This document shows, in pieces, positions 20,751 through 29,969 of a stretch of 64,000 bases of DNA. The notes under the pieces were generated by a model. It was not told the origin of the DNA and did not search any database. It saw only the letters and a list, made by a program, of their open reading frames with translations. The translations under genes and the position numbers were made by a program. How positions within the stretch are numbered: the stretch's first letter is position 1; every line of letters begins with the position of its first letter. This DNA comes from Verrucomicrobiota bacterium (GTDB lineage: Bacteria > Verrucomicrobiota > Verrucomicrobiia > Limisphaerales > Palsa-1400). The DNA lies in assembly GCA_049510745.1 (NCBI GenBank), contig JBEKYR010000008.1, positions 128,001-192,000 on the forward strand, in the 5' to 3' direction.

Positions 20751-20801
20751 GGGCGCAATTTAAGGCCGGGGCGCCCAACCTTCAAACAAATCTTCCGGCG
20801 A

Positions 20802-20862
20802 TTCAGAGTTCAAGGGTCAACGTTTTTTGGCGGACGATTTAAACTTTGAACTTTGAACTTGA
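20802..20862. repeat. Inverted heptamer repeats (TTCAAAG/CTTTGAA type)
   Basis: TTCAGAG TTCAAGG GTCAA ... AACTTTG AACTTTG AACTTGA. Confidence 0.55.
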
Positions 20863-20919
20863 GATTGGGGCGGAGGTTTGGCTAAATCCCCGTTCCTTCG
20901 GCGGAAAGCCGTGGGCGGG

Positions 20920-21005
20920 GGTAGGTTACCCAAGTGGCCAACGGGGGCAGACTGTAAATCTGCTGGCTTACGCCTTCGATGGTTCGAATCCATCACCTAC
21001 CACCA
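20920..21005 (+). tRNA. tRNA-Tyr (GTA)
   Basis: Acceptor GGTAGGT/ACCTACC+A+CCA; anticodon arm GCAGA-CTGTAAA-TCTGC; long variable arm; GGTTCGAATCC. Confidence 0.97.
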
Positions 21006-21308
21006 TCTGGAAATTCGACATAAGTGACTATCAATAAGGCACTTGTAAAACACCTCCTGAACCTGACCCTTTGGCCGTCACGTCTGACTCCGCTTTCGCA
21101 TGGGCGTGGCAAAGGACAGGAAGCTGAACGAACGCCACAACCCACCAGCCGGGCAATCGAGGAATCCTTCCGAGGCGGCTTCTTCCAATCCTTTTCCAAG
21201 ATGCGTTTGCGGCCAGTGCATGCGGCTGAAGGTATCCGCCGCCCTGTGCAGAGTTGATGGGGCGCATCGAAAAGGGGTGGTACCTCGCCGCCGCGCAGAC
21301 GCGACTTG

Positions 21309-24300
21309 TCAGTCGGAGGTGCGATAGTAGCGATGCGGGTAAAGGCTGGCGTTGGTGTCCTTGAATTCGAACAGTCCGTAGGGAGAGGCGGTGGCGCTGC
21401 CAATGATGCTCCATCTGACCAGATCGGTGGAGGCCTCGAAGTTGTAGGTAGTTCCGGGATTTCCGGCAAATTGAATCGTCGCCTGCCCGCCGCTCACTGT
21501 GGCGCCGAGGACGGACGAGCCGTTGCTGTTGGGAGGTTCCACCAAAACCGTTACGGCTCCATTGACAGCCAGGCCGAAGGAGGGCGCGAGCACGTAGTCG
21601 AAAGAGTCCGCGCCTATGAAGGCCGGCGGCGGGCTGTAGGTGATAAAGCCGTTGGCCAGTTGCACCGCGCCGCCTTGAGTGCTGGTGGGATCGACGGAGC
21701 CGACGACGAACGAATTGGCTGGCTGAACGGCAGATGGGAGTGTGAGTTGGCCGGTGGCGATCTGGGCGGGTTCGCCCGGCGCGGTTTGCATAACGTACGT
21801 CACGAGCAGGACAGCATTGGAACTGACGGCAGACCCGGCGCTGTTGCTGGCAATCACGCTATAGCTGCCGCCGTCAGTGGGCACGACATTGGAAATGGTG
21901 AGCGAGGGCCGGTTGGGCGCGCTGGGAATAGGAAGATTGTTGACTTGCCAGTGAAAATCGGGCGGCGGCGAGCCCGTGGCGGCCACAGTGAAGCTGATGG
22001 GACTTCCTGCGACGGTGTTCTGGCTGACAGGATTGGTTAGGATGGTCGGAGAAAAGTTTGTCGGCGAGATAACGACGTCATCCAACCCCAAAGCAGAGCC
22101 AAAAGTCTCAGAGGATGTGTCGGTGAAAATAATGGCCGTGTTCGTGGTGGTCGGGGTGAAGAGAAGTCTGAAGAGGCGCCACCCGCTTCCCGACGGGACG
22201 AACGTGTTGCTGGCCAAAACCGAGCCGTCGCTTGCGAGCGCCCTGGCTGAAAGGCTGACTCCGAACGGATACCCTTCCTCCAACGCGAGGGTCATCACGT
22301 AGCTTTGGCCCACAGAGGTGGTGAAGGTTTGTTCCAAAATGCCCGCAGGATGGGTGGAGCTGTCGTAGAAATTAATCCATTGACTGCCTGAATAGGCGCC
22401 GGTCACATGTTTGAGATAGACGGCATTACTCGGGCCGCCCACCGCCCACCCAGTCAACGAGAGTTGGCCCGGCTGGATTATGCTAGACGAGCCTGAACTA
22501 AGGACCGGAACCTCAAAATCACCGTTGGTGAAGGGCAAACCGAGAACGGTGAGCTGGGCTGCCGCGCTCACTGCGCCACCGGCCAGGTTCGTCGCCGTCG
22601 CCCAATAAAAACCCGCGCTCGGGCCGGACGCCGTCAGAGTCAAATTCGTGCCGTTGGCTCCGGAAATGGCGTTGGACCCTAGCGGCGTTCCCTCAAACCA
22701 TTGAAGGACGCCCGGTCCACCACCCAATGCGATATTGAACGTGACCGAGTTTCCGGCCGCCGCTGTTTGGCTGATGGGATTAGTCATGATTTCTGGCGCG
22801 ACCAGGTTTGTCTGGACAACTAACACATCATCCAGCGCCAAATCGACCGACGTAGTTTGTGGTGAAGTGTCCGTCAAGACAATCGTCGTCTCGGTGGTGG
22901 TCGGCGTGAACAGAAATCCAAAAACGCCCCACGCGCCTGTCCCCGGTACGAATGTGTTGCTGGCCAGGATGGAGCCGTCTCCGGCCAAAGCCTTGGCCGA
23001 AAGGCTGACCTTGCCCGCAGTGCCTCCAAATTGTCTCAAGGCGAAGGTAATCTCGTAGCGTTGGCCCACTGAAGCATTGAATGTTTGCGCCAGGATTCCG
23101 CCGGGGGGACTGTTGTTGGCGTTGAAGTCAATCCATTGATTTCCCGAATACGCGGCAGCGGAATTGCTGACGACAATGTCGCCGCCCGGCCCACCGACAA
23201 TCCATCCCGTCAGCCAGGTATCACCGGGATTTAATGTTTGGCTGGAATTTGCCACGATCGTTGGCGTCTCAAAATCGCCATTGGTGAAGGACTGGCCCGT
23301 AACCGTCAACTGCGCTGCCGTGCTCACCGCTCCGCCGAGGATGTTAGTCGCTATCGCCCAATAATAACCTGCCGAGGCACCAGACGCGGTCACCGTCAGG
23401 TTCGTGTCGATGCCTCCGGTGATGGCGTTGGAGCCAATCACCGTTCCGTAAAACCATTGGACGGCAGATGGGCCGCCGCCCAAAGCAATGTTAAACATTG
23501 CCGGGCTTCCCGCCGCCGCCGTTTGGTTGACCGGACTAGTCAGGATGATGGGGGGAGCGAGGTTTGTCGCCGTGACAGCCGTGTCATCCAGCGCCATGTA
23601 CCAGGAGTTTCCTTGCGGCGAGCTGTCCGTCAATATGATGCTCGTATCTTCCGTGGTCGGCGTGAACATCAATCCAAAAAGGCGCCACGCGTTGAGCGGT
23701 GGCACAAACGTGTTGCTGGCCAAAATAGAGCCGTCGCCCGCTACAGCCGTCACAGTCAGGCTGACCTGACCCGCGGTCCCTCCAACTTGCTCCAAGGCCA
23801 GGCTTAACAACTGGCTCTGCCCAAGCGGCGCGGTGAACGTTTGCTCCAAAACGCCTCCCGTCGAAAGGTGGTAATGGAACGTGATCCATTGATTTCCCGA
23901 ATAGCCGCCGCCGGAGGAATCATTAAGGTCAACGCCACTCAAACCTGCAATGGTCCATCCCGGCAGCCCAGTGTCGCCGAGACCGATATACTGGAAATTT
24001 GGCGCGATCACAGGCGTTTCAAAATCCCCGTTGGTAAAGGGCAATCCCAGCACGGCCAATTGCGCTGTCGCACTGACCCCCGTGCCGGCGACATTTCTCA
24101 CCGTCGCCCAATAAGAGCCTGCGGTGGTGGCGGACGCAGTCACGGTCAATTCTGTCCCGATGGCTCCGGGGACGGCGTTGGTTCCAAGCGCCGAGCGGTG
24201 AAACCATTGAATCTCGCCGGGACCGCCACCCGCCTCGATGCCAAAGGTCGCCAAACTTCCCACTTCCGCAGTTTGACTGGCGGGATTGTTCAGAATGGTG

Positions 24301-25823
24301 GGCGGGGCAATGTTCGTTGGCGCGACCATGACGTCGTCCAGGGCTAAATCGACCGCCTCCGTATTTCGGGAGGTGTCCGTCAATAAAACCGTCGTGTTGG
24401 TGGTGGTCGGAGTAAAGGGCAATTCGAATACGCCCCAAGCGGTTTGCGGAACAAACGTGTTGCTGGCCAGGACTGAACCGTCGCTTGCCAGCGCCGTCGC
24501 GCAAAGGCTGACCTCGTTGCTCGGGATTCCAGACCCGCTAATTTGCAGCAACGCCAAAGTCATCACGTAGCCTTGCCCCACAGAGGTGGAGAAAGTCTGC
24601 CCTAGAATGCCTCCTGGAGCACTGTCCCCTGCGTTGAAACTGATCCATTGATTTCCCGAATAGCCGCCGGAGGAATTATTGACGTTAATGTCGCCACCCG
24701 GCCCGCCGACGATCCATCCCGTCAGCCAGGTGTCGCCGGGATTTAACGCTTCAGAAGAATTCGCCGCCAGGACCGGCGTCTCGAAATCTCCATTGGTGAG
24801 CAGTTGTCCCAGGACGGTCAACTGCGCTGGCGTACTGATGGCGGCGGCGAGGAGATTCGTTACGACCGCCCAATACCAGCCAGCGGTAACGCCAGAGGCT
24901 GTCACGGTCAGATTAGTGTCGTTGGCTCCGGCAATGGCGTTGGTGCTGATTGCGGTCTCGTAGAACCATTGCACGACACCAGGTCCCCCGCCCAGCGTGA
25001 CGTTAAACGTTGCCGAATTACCCGCGACCACCGTTTGGCTGGCCGGATTGGTCAGGATGGTAGGCGGGGCAAGGTTCGTCGCCGCAATGTCCACGTCATC
25101 CAGCGCTAGGTCAACGGCAACCGTTTGCGGCGAAGTGTCAGTCAAGACGATGGTCGTAGTGGTTGCGGTTGGCATAAACAGCAACTGAAAAATTCCCCAG
25201 GTGCCTTGCGGCGGTGTGAAAGTGTTGCTGGCAAGGACCGACCCGTCGCCCGCCAGCATCTCGGCCGAAAGGCTAACCTCGTTGGCCGACCATCCTGCGA
25301 GTTGCTGTAGTGCCAGAGACATCACGTAGAGCTGGCCAATGGCGTTGGTGAAGGTTTGCGACAAGATCCCCCCCGGAGAACTGTCGCCGCTGTTGAAAAC
25401 GATCCATTGATTTCCCGAATAGCCGCCGGAGGAATTATTGACCGTGACGTCGCCGCCCGGCCCACCAACGATCCATCCCGTCAGCCAAGTGTCGCCCGGA
25501 TTCAACGCCTGGCTGGAATTTGCCGCGATCACCGGCGTCTCAAAATCACCGTTAGTGAATGGCTGGCCGGAGGCCAACAGGCAAGCTGAAAGATAAAACG
25601 CCAGTGAAAACGACGAAGCGCGCGAAAAGGTTGAAAAAGGAATGGATGCTTGGTTGTTCGCGGCTGAGATTACTGACGTTTTCGCTTCGGTTGAGAACCT
25701 ACGGGCCGTGCAAGGCGCAACCATTCCGCACCGTTCACCTCCGGGAGGCTTGCGGAGGCCTTTTGCCGTTCGAACAGCATCTCCCCCGGAGCTTCTTTGC
25801 GTCAATCTCCCCCGCTCTTTCAT
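21309..25823 (-). CDS. Giant secreted protein: 5x (DUF642/CBM-like + Ig) repeats, Big_9-like domain and C-terminal ...RYYR domain (start uncertain)
   Basis: Five units starting (F/L)TNGDFE, each followed by PxILTNPxSQ...QW...Y Ig repeats; YSPPPAFIGADSFDY; signal-like SFSLAFYLSACLLASG. Confidence 0.8.
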   Translation of the reverse strand: MKERGRLTQRSSGGDAVRTAKGLRKPPGGERCGMVAPCTARRFSTEAKTSVISAANNQASIPFSTFSRASSFSLAFYLSACLLASGQPFTNGDFETPVIAANSSQALNPGDTWLTGWIVGGPGGDVTVNNSSGGYSGNQWIVFNSGDSSPGGILSQTFTNAIGQLYVMSLALQQLAGWSANEVSLSAEMLAGDGSVLASNTFTPPQGTWGIFQLLFMPTATTTTIVLTDTSPQTVAVDLALDDVDIAATNLAPPTILTNPASQTVVAGNSATFNVTLGGGPGVVQWFYETAISTNAIAGANDTNLTVTASGVTAGWYWAVVTNLLAAAISTPAQLTVLGQLLTNGDFETPVLAANSSEALNPGDTWLTGWIVGGPGGDINVNNSSGGYSGNQWISFNAGDSAPGGILGQTFSTSVGQGYVMTLALLQISGSGIPSNEVSLCATALASDGSVLASNTFVPQTAWGVFELPFTPTTTNTTVLLTDTSRNTEAVDLALDDVMVAPTNIAPPTILNNPASQTAEVGSLATFGIEAGGGPGEIQWFHRSALGTNAVPGAIGTELTVTASATTAGSYWATVRNVAGTGVSATAQLAVLGLPFTNGDFETPVIAPNFQYIGLGDTGLPGWTIAGLSGVDLNDSSGGGYSGNQWITFHYHLSTGGVLEQTFTAPLGQSQLLSLALEQVGGTAGQVSLTVTAVAGDGSILASNTFVPPLNAWRLFGLMFTPTTEDTSIILTDSSPQGNSWYMALDDTAVTATNLAPPIILTSPVNQTAAAGSPAMFNIALGGGPSAVQWFYGTVIGSNAITGGIDTNLTVTASGASAGYYWAIATNILGGAVSTAAQLTVTGQSFTNGDFETPTIVANSSQTLNPGDTWLTGWIVGGPGGDIVVSNSAAAYSGNQWIDFNANNSPPGGILAQTFNASVGQRYEITFALRQFGGTAGKVSLSAKALAGDGSILASNTFVPGTGAWGVFGFLFTPTTTETTIVLTDTSPQTTSVDLALDDVLVVQTNLVAPEIMTNPISQTAAAGNSVTFNIALGGGPGVLQWFEGTPLGSNAISGANGTNLTLTASGPSAGFYWATATNLAGGAVSAAAQLTVLGLPFTNGDFEVPVLSSGSSSIIQPGQLSLTGWAVGGPSNAVYLKHVTGAYSGSQWINFYDSSTHPAGILEQTFTTSVGQSYVMTLALEEGYPFGVSLSARALASDGSVLASNTFVPSGSGWRLFRLLFTPTTTNTAIIFTDTSSETFGSALGLDDVVISPTNFSPTILTNPVSQNTVAGSPISFTVAATGSPPPDFHWQVNNLPIPSAPNRPSLTISNVVPTDGGSYSVIASNSAGSAVSSNAVLLVTYVMQTAPGEPAQIATGQLTLPSAVQPANSFVVGSVDPTSTQGGAVQLANGFITYSPPPAFIGADSFDYVLAPSFGLAVNGAVTVLVEPPNSNGSSVLGATVSGGQATIQFAGNPGTTYNFEASTDLVRWSIIGSATASPYGLFEFKDTNASLYPHRYYRTSD

Positions 25824-25854
25824 GTTGGAATTATGAGGAGAAGCCGCTTTGGTG

Positions 25855-26470
25855 TCATTAAATATATTTTTGAATCATATCGGTTTTTGGCGTTTTGTCC
25901 GTTGCCACTCCCTGTCTATCTTCTTGTCCGCCATAGCCTTCCGCCAGCGGAGGTCTCCCTTCGCGGCCGGGAAAAATTCTCGCGTTTTTCCTTCCATAGG
26001 TTTTTCGTCTTGATACACCTCTGCTTAAATCAAGCCAGGATGAGAAGAAAACATCTCAGAGAGAGCCGCGGATGCAGCGCCCAAGGATTTGGGCCCGCAA
26101 CGAGACACAAGGCGGGCCTGCCCGCCTTCTTGTCCGCCGTAGCTTTAGCGAAGGCGGAAGACGACAGACGCCGTCGCGTCGAACATCTCCTCGGCGTCGC
26201 GGGCGGCCCCGACGCCAACGGATTTGACGTAAAAACTCAAACCTGGTCCGGTCCAAACGCCGACATCATGAACCGCCAACACCGGAAACTGCTCCTAAGA
26301 GCCGCCAAAGAAGCCGGAATCGACCTGGAAAACGAAGTCCTGAACCCGGAGAAATCCGGACAAATCCGGACAAATCCGGACAAATCTGGCCAAATCTGGC
26401 CAAAAAATGAAAATTCAAAAAATACCCGGCCCCGACGACGACGAACGGTTACAAGAAACCTTACAAAGCT
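25855..26470 (+). repeat. ~600-bp dispersed element, copy 2 (with ORF 26040-26504)
   Basis: Homologous to 4290-4900 (reverse strand); tandem CAAATCCGGA repeats at ~26350-26400. Confidence 0.8.
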
Positions 26471-26595
26471 CGGCGCCGATGAGAGCAATTTTGACTCTGC
26501 CTGACATTTGGCGTTAAATCGTCGGGATTGAACGACACCGCTTCCCATATCGCCATGCCGGCCAGAAGGAAAACCTTGTTTCGGCCGCCCCGCCC

Positions 26596-27315
26596 ATGAC
26601 CGGCGCGATCATCAACGCCATCGGCATCGTGCTCGGCGGACTGTGGGCGCTGGCGATCCGCAAGCGCATCCCGGCGCGGTATCAATTCGTGCTCAAAGTG
26701 GCGCTGGGCGTTTATACCTGCTGGTTCGGGTTGAGGCTGACTTGGGCGAGCTTCAACGGGAGCTGGCGGCAACTGACCAAGGAACTTTGCATCGTCCTTT
26801 TGGCCATGGCCCTGGGAAAAATGGCCGGCAAACTCATGCGCCTGCAAAAAATGTCCAACTCCATCGGCCATTACGCCACGCGCTCCCTGGCCGCGCCCGC
26901 GGGCCGCCGGCAATTCAGCGACGGATTCCTGCTGGCGACGGCGTTGTTTTGCGCCGGGCCGCTGGCGCTGCTGGCCTCGGTGCAGGAAGGGCTGACCGGG
27001 TTCTCGCCCGTGTTTCTGGTCAAGGCGGGGACCGACGGGCTGGCGACCCTGGCCTTTTGCGCGACCTACGGATGGAGCGCGGCGGTGTCGGCGCTGCCGG
27101 TTTTGGCGTTTGAAGGGGCGCTCATCCGGGCGGTGCGTTTGCTCGAACCGACCCTGGCCGCCCAGCCCTGGCCGCTGATCGATTCGATCAACGCGGTGGA
27201 CGGATTGCTCATCTTCTGCGTGGCCATGCTGATTTTGGACCTGAAAAAAATCTCCGTGGCCGACTATTTCCCCAGCTTGATCTTCGCGCCGCTGCTGACG
27301 TGGTGGCTGTGGTAA
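26596..27315 (+). CDS. DUF554 (YqgA/YdfK-like) membrane protein
   Basis: MTGAIINAIGIVLGG start, FSDGFLLATALFCAGPL, VQEGL, multiple TM helices. Confidence 0.8.
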   Translation: MTGAIINAIGIVLGGLWALAIRKRIPARYQFVLKVALGVYTCWFGLRLTWASFNGSWRQLTKELCIVLLAMALGKMAGKLMRLQKMSNSIGHYATRSLAAPAGRRQFSDGFLLATALFCAGPLALLASVQEGLTGFSPVFLVKAGTDGLATLAFCATYGWSAAVSALPVLAFEGALIRAVRLLEPTLAAQPWPLIDSINAVDGLLIFCVAMLILDLKKISVADYFPSLIFAPLLTWWLW

Positions 27316-27337
27316 AACGCCCGCTTGGACATTCAGG

Positions 27338-27397
27338 AGGCGGGCGGCACTCTAGGTCTTGCCCAGGCCGCTGCGCGCGAGCATTTTCATCATCCAT
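27338..27397 (-). pseudogene. Probable truncated 5' end of a nucleotidyltransferase gene
   Basis: Overlapping start MDDENARAQRPGQDLECRPP, then runs into the convergent DUF554 3' end; positional analogue of 3538-4026. Confidence 0.35.
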
Positions 27398-27585
27398 TGA
27401 TCCGCCTCCTCGTGGGTTTTGAAGCGATAAACGCCTTTGGCCGCCCAGCGATGCTTGAACGCCCGGTGAAATTCCACCGCCGCCGCCTGCAATTGCATCC
27501 CGGCTTTCAGACTGTCGGGTGTTTTTGTGCGGCGACCGACAAATCGATCAATCTTTTCTTCCAGGTTGACAAAGGGCTGTTTCAC
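27352..27585 (-). CDS. Small NTase-partner-type protein (KGVYRFKTHEEADQW)
   Basis: GTG start after TTGCTT-N17-TATCGT; similar N-terminus to 3947-4147. Confidence 0.6.
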   Translation of the reverse strand: MKQPFVNLEEKIDRFVGRRTKTPDSLKAGMQLQAAAVEFHRAFKHRWAAKGVYRFKTHEEADQWMMKMLARSGLGKT

Positions 27586-27646
27586 GCCGCGATCACGATA
27601 GGCCCCGACGCGGCACAAAGCAAGCAGGCACGTCCAGCGCCACCGA

Positions 27647-28801
27647 TCATCCGGCGCTTTTCAAAATGGCGGCCAACTCGGCGGGCGTCAGAACAATGGG
27701 ATTGGCTTTCATGCTGCTGGCTTTGGCCGCTTTTTCAATCACTTCGGACGCGTCGCGGGCGGTGAGTCCATAGGTGGCCAGCGGTGGAATGCGCAAGTCG
27801 CCCACCAGTTGGCGGACCCATTCGATGCCGTGCTCGGCCGTTGCGGCGGCGTTTCCGGTGAGGATTCGCGCCACGACTTCGTAGCGGCGCAGGCCTTCGC
27901 CGGCGGAGTCGCGCTCGCCGAGCGCGCGGATGTTCGCCTTCATGACATGCGGGAGAAGCGCGGCGCAGACGGCGCCGTGCGGCGCTTCAAACATGCCGCC
28001 GATGGCGCCGGCAAAACCATGCACCGCGCCCAAGCCGGCGTTGGCCAGCGCCATCCCGCCAAACAGGCTGGCCAGCGCCATGTCTTCGCGCGCGGCGGCG
28101 TCCTGGCCCCGTTCAACAGCGACCCGCAACGAGCGCGTGGCGCGGCGCATCCCTTCGACACACAGCGCATCGGTCATCGCTTGGGCGCGGCAACAGACGT
28201 AAGGCTCGATGAGTTGGGTCAAGGCGTCCAGCCCGGTGCTGGCGGTGATGGCGGGCGGCAAACCGTAAGTGAGTTCCGGATCGACCAGCGCGATTTTCGG
28301 GAGCATCGACGGACTGCGCAGACTGGCCTTCACGCGATGGACGGGCGAGGCGAGCACGGCGTTGCGCGTCACCTCCGTGCCGGTGCCAGCCGTCGTCGGG
28401 ATGGCGAGGAACGGCGCGGATGGCTCGCGCAAGGGTTTGCCGCCGCCGATGACTTCGAGATAATCGAGCACGTCACCGGGATTGGTCAGCATCGCGGCGA
28501 TGGCTTTGCCGGTGTCCAAGGCGCTGCCGCCGCCGAAGCCGATGACAAGGTCGCAATTCTCCCCGGCGGCGCGCTTCACGCCGTGTTCAATGGTTTCAAT
28601 GCCGGGTTCTCCGGAAACGGAAAAGGGCGAGGACAGAACTCCGTTTTCCCGGAGGGAATCGAGCAGAAAATGCGCGCGAGCCGCGTCGCGCCCGGTGACA
28701 ACGAGCGCGCGCCGGCCGAAGTCCCTGGCGAGCCGCCCGGCCTCGCGCGCCGCGCCGGGGCCAAAAATGACGCGGCCGGCGGTGGCGAATTCAAACCGCA
28801 T
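27647..28801 (-). CDS. Iron-containing alcohol dehydrogenase
   Basis: GFGGGSALDTGK, IPTTAGTGTEVT, GLDALTQ, GAVHG, PHG. Confidence 0.92.
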   Translation of the reverse strand: MRFEFATAGRVIFGPGAAREAGRLARDFGRRALVVTGRDAARAHFLLDSLRENGVLSSPFSVSGEPGIETIEHGVKRAAGENCDLVIGFGGGSALDTGKAIAAMLTNPGDVLDYLEVIGGGKPLREPSAPFLAIPTTAGTGTEVTRNAVLASPVHRVKASLRSPSMLPKIALVDPELTYGLPPAITASTGLDALTQLIEPYVCCRAQAMTDALCVEGMRRATRSLRVAVERGQDAAAREDMALASLFGGMALANAGLGAVHGFAGAIGGMFEAPHGAVCAALLPHVMKANIRALGERDSAGEGLRRYEVVARILTGNAAATAEHGIEWVRQLVGDLRIPPLATYGLTARDASEVIEKAAKASSMKANPIVLTPAELAAILKSAG

Positions 28802-28804
28802 AGC

Positions 28805-29110
28805 TCACCACTTGGAATTGTCGGGAAATAGATTGACGAACTTCACACTGCTGCGCGGCTCCACCGTCAGGCCCGCGACGGCATCGCGCCAGACTTGGTA
28901 ATGTTTCGTCTCCTTATGCCGGGCGGGCGCCTCGGCATTGCGATAGGCTTCGACCAAGATGAAGCGGGTTGGATCATCGGCCTGCTGAAGGCAGTCGAAG
29001 CGGGCGATGCCCGATTCCCTGAGACTTTCGCGCGCGTTGGCCAGAGTAGCCCGCTGGAACGCCTCGACGCACTCCGGCTTGACATGGATGTGAACGTGAA
29101 CAATGAGCAT
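28805..29110 (-). CDS. ABM-family (LsrG/quinol monooxygenase-like) protein
   Basis: [31 protein letters not shown]. Confidence 0.85.
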   Translation of the reverse strand: MLIVHVHIHVKPECVEAFQRATLANARESLRESGIARFDCLQQADDPTRFILVEAYRNAEAPARHKETKHYQVWRDAVAGLTVEPRSSVKFVNLFPDNSKW

Positions 29111-29169
29111 AGATTATGCAATAACCTGCCCGAAACCCGCCCACACGTAAAGCCGCAGTCTTCTCTTTG

Positions 29170-29823
29170 TCAGTGCGCGCTGATGTCGCCGGAGCCGGTG
29201 ACGTTTTTCCGCACTTGCGGCGGATTCCCGTAATAATGCACGTCGCCCGAGCCGGTCACGGTGGCCTCCAGTTGTTCGGTGGCCCGAACGGTCGCGTCGC
29301 CGGACCCGGTCACGTTGACCCGGACGTCTTTGGCGGCAAGATCGCCGGCCTGCAAGTCGCCGGAACCGGTGATCTGCGCGCGCAGGTGATCGGCGGCGCC
29401 CTTGAGGGTGACATCGCCGGAGCCGGTCACGGTGGCCTCCATGTCGCCCGCCTTCAATCCCGTGACGTGGATGTCGCCGGAGCCTGAGACCGACACGCCG
29501 TTAAGCTCGGGCACGGTGATTTTCACGTTCACGCCGTGGCTGGTGTTGTAGGACTGTTTGGAGCCGATTTTGAGCGTGTCGCCCTCGACCGTCGTTTCGA
29601 TCACGGGGAGAATGTTGTCATCGGCGGTGACGGCCACCGAGGTGGCGGGACCGACGGCGACTTCGACATCGGGCGAGCCGGTGAGGTCGATTTTCGAGAA
29701 GGAGCCGACGGCGCGGGACTCGGTTTTGGAGATGCCGGAGCCGTGAATGGCGTTGGGGTTGCAGTCACCGACGGTGACCAGGCCGAGACATAAAACGGGT
29801 AGGGACGCGATTCTCATACTCAT
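29170..29823 (-). CDS. DUF2807/head-GIN domain putative lipoprotein
   Basis: Repeated VTGSGD beta-helix motifs after IHGSG. Confidence 0.85.
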   Translation of the reverse strand: MSMRIASLPVLCLGLVTVGDCNPNAIHGSGISKTESRAVGSFSKIDLTGSPDVEVAVGPATSVAVTADDNILPVIETTVEGDTLKIGSKQSYNTSHGVNVKITVPELNGVSVSGSGDIHVTGLKAGDMEATVTGSGDVTLKGAADHLRAQITGSGDLQAGDLAAKDVRVNVTGSGDATVRATEQLEATVTGSGDVHYYGNPPQVRKNVTGSGDISAH

Positions 29824-29969
29824 TGGACACGCCTGGAGGCGTAAATGTTTCAAAAAACTCCGGGCCGGAGGTCCGGCTGGAAAACGGGACTTTTGAATGT
29901 GTCAGCCAGGGGCGCTCGACAAAGCCGCCAAGGGAATCCACTGAGAGTGGACGCGATGACGGGAGAATC

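Noticed and set aside
21309..25823. DGR template/variable repeats among the internal gene repeats
   Set aside because: Repeats are in-frame domain duplications without evident adenine-specific differences; no reverse transcriptase in the window.
26340..26410. Tandem 10-mers as a CRISPR array
   Set aside because: No unique spacers, units too short, no cas genes.
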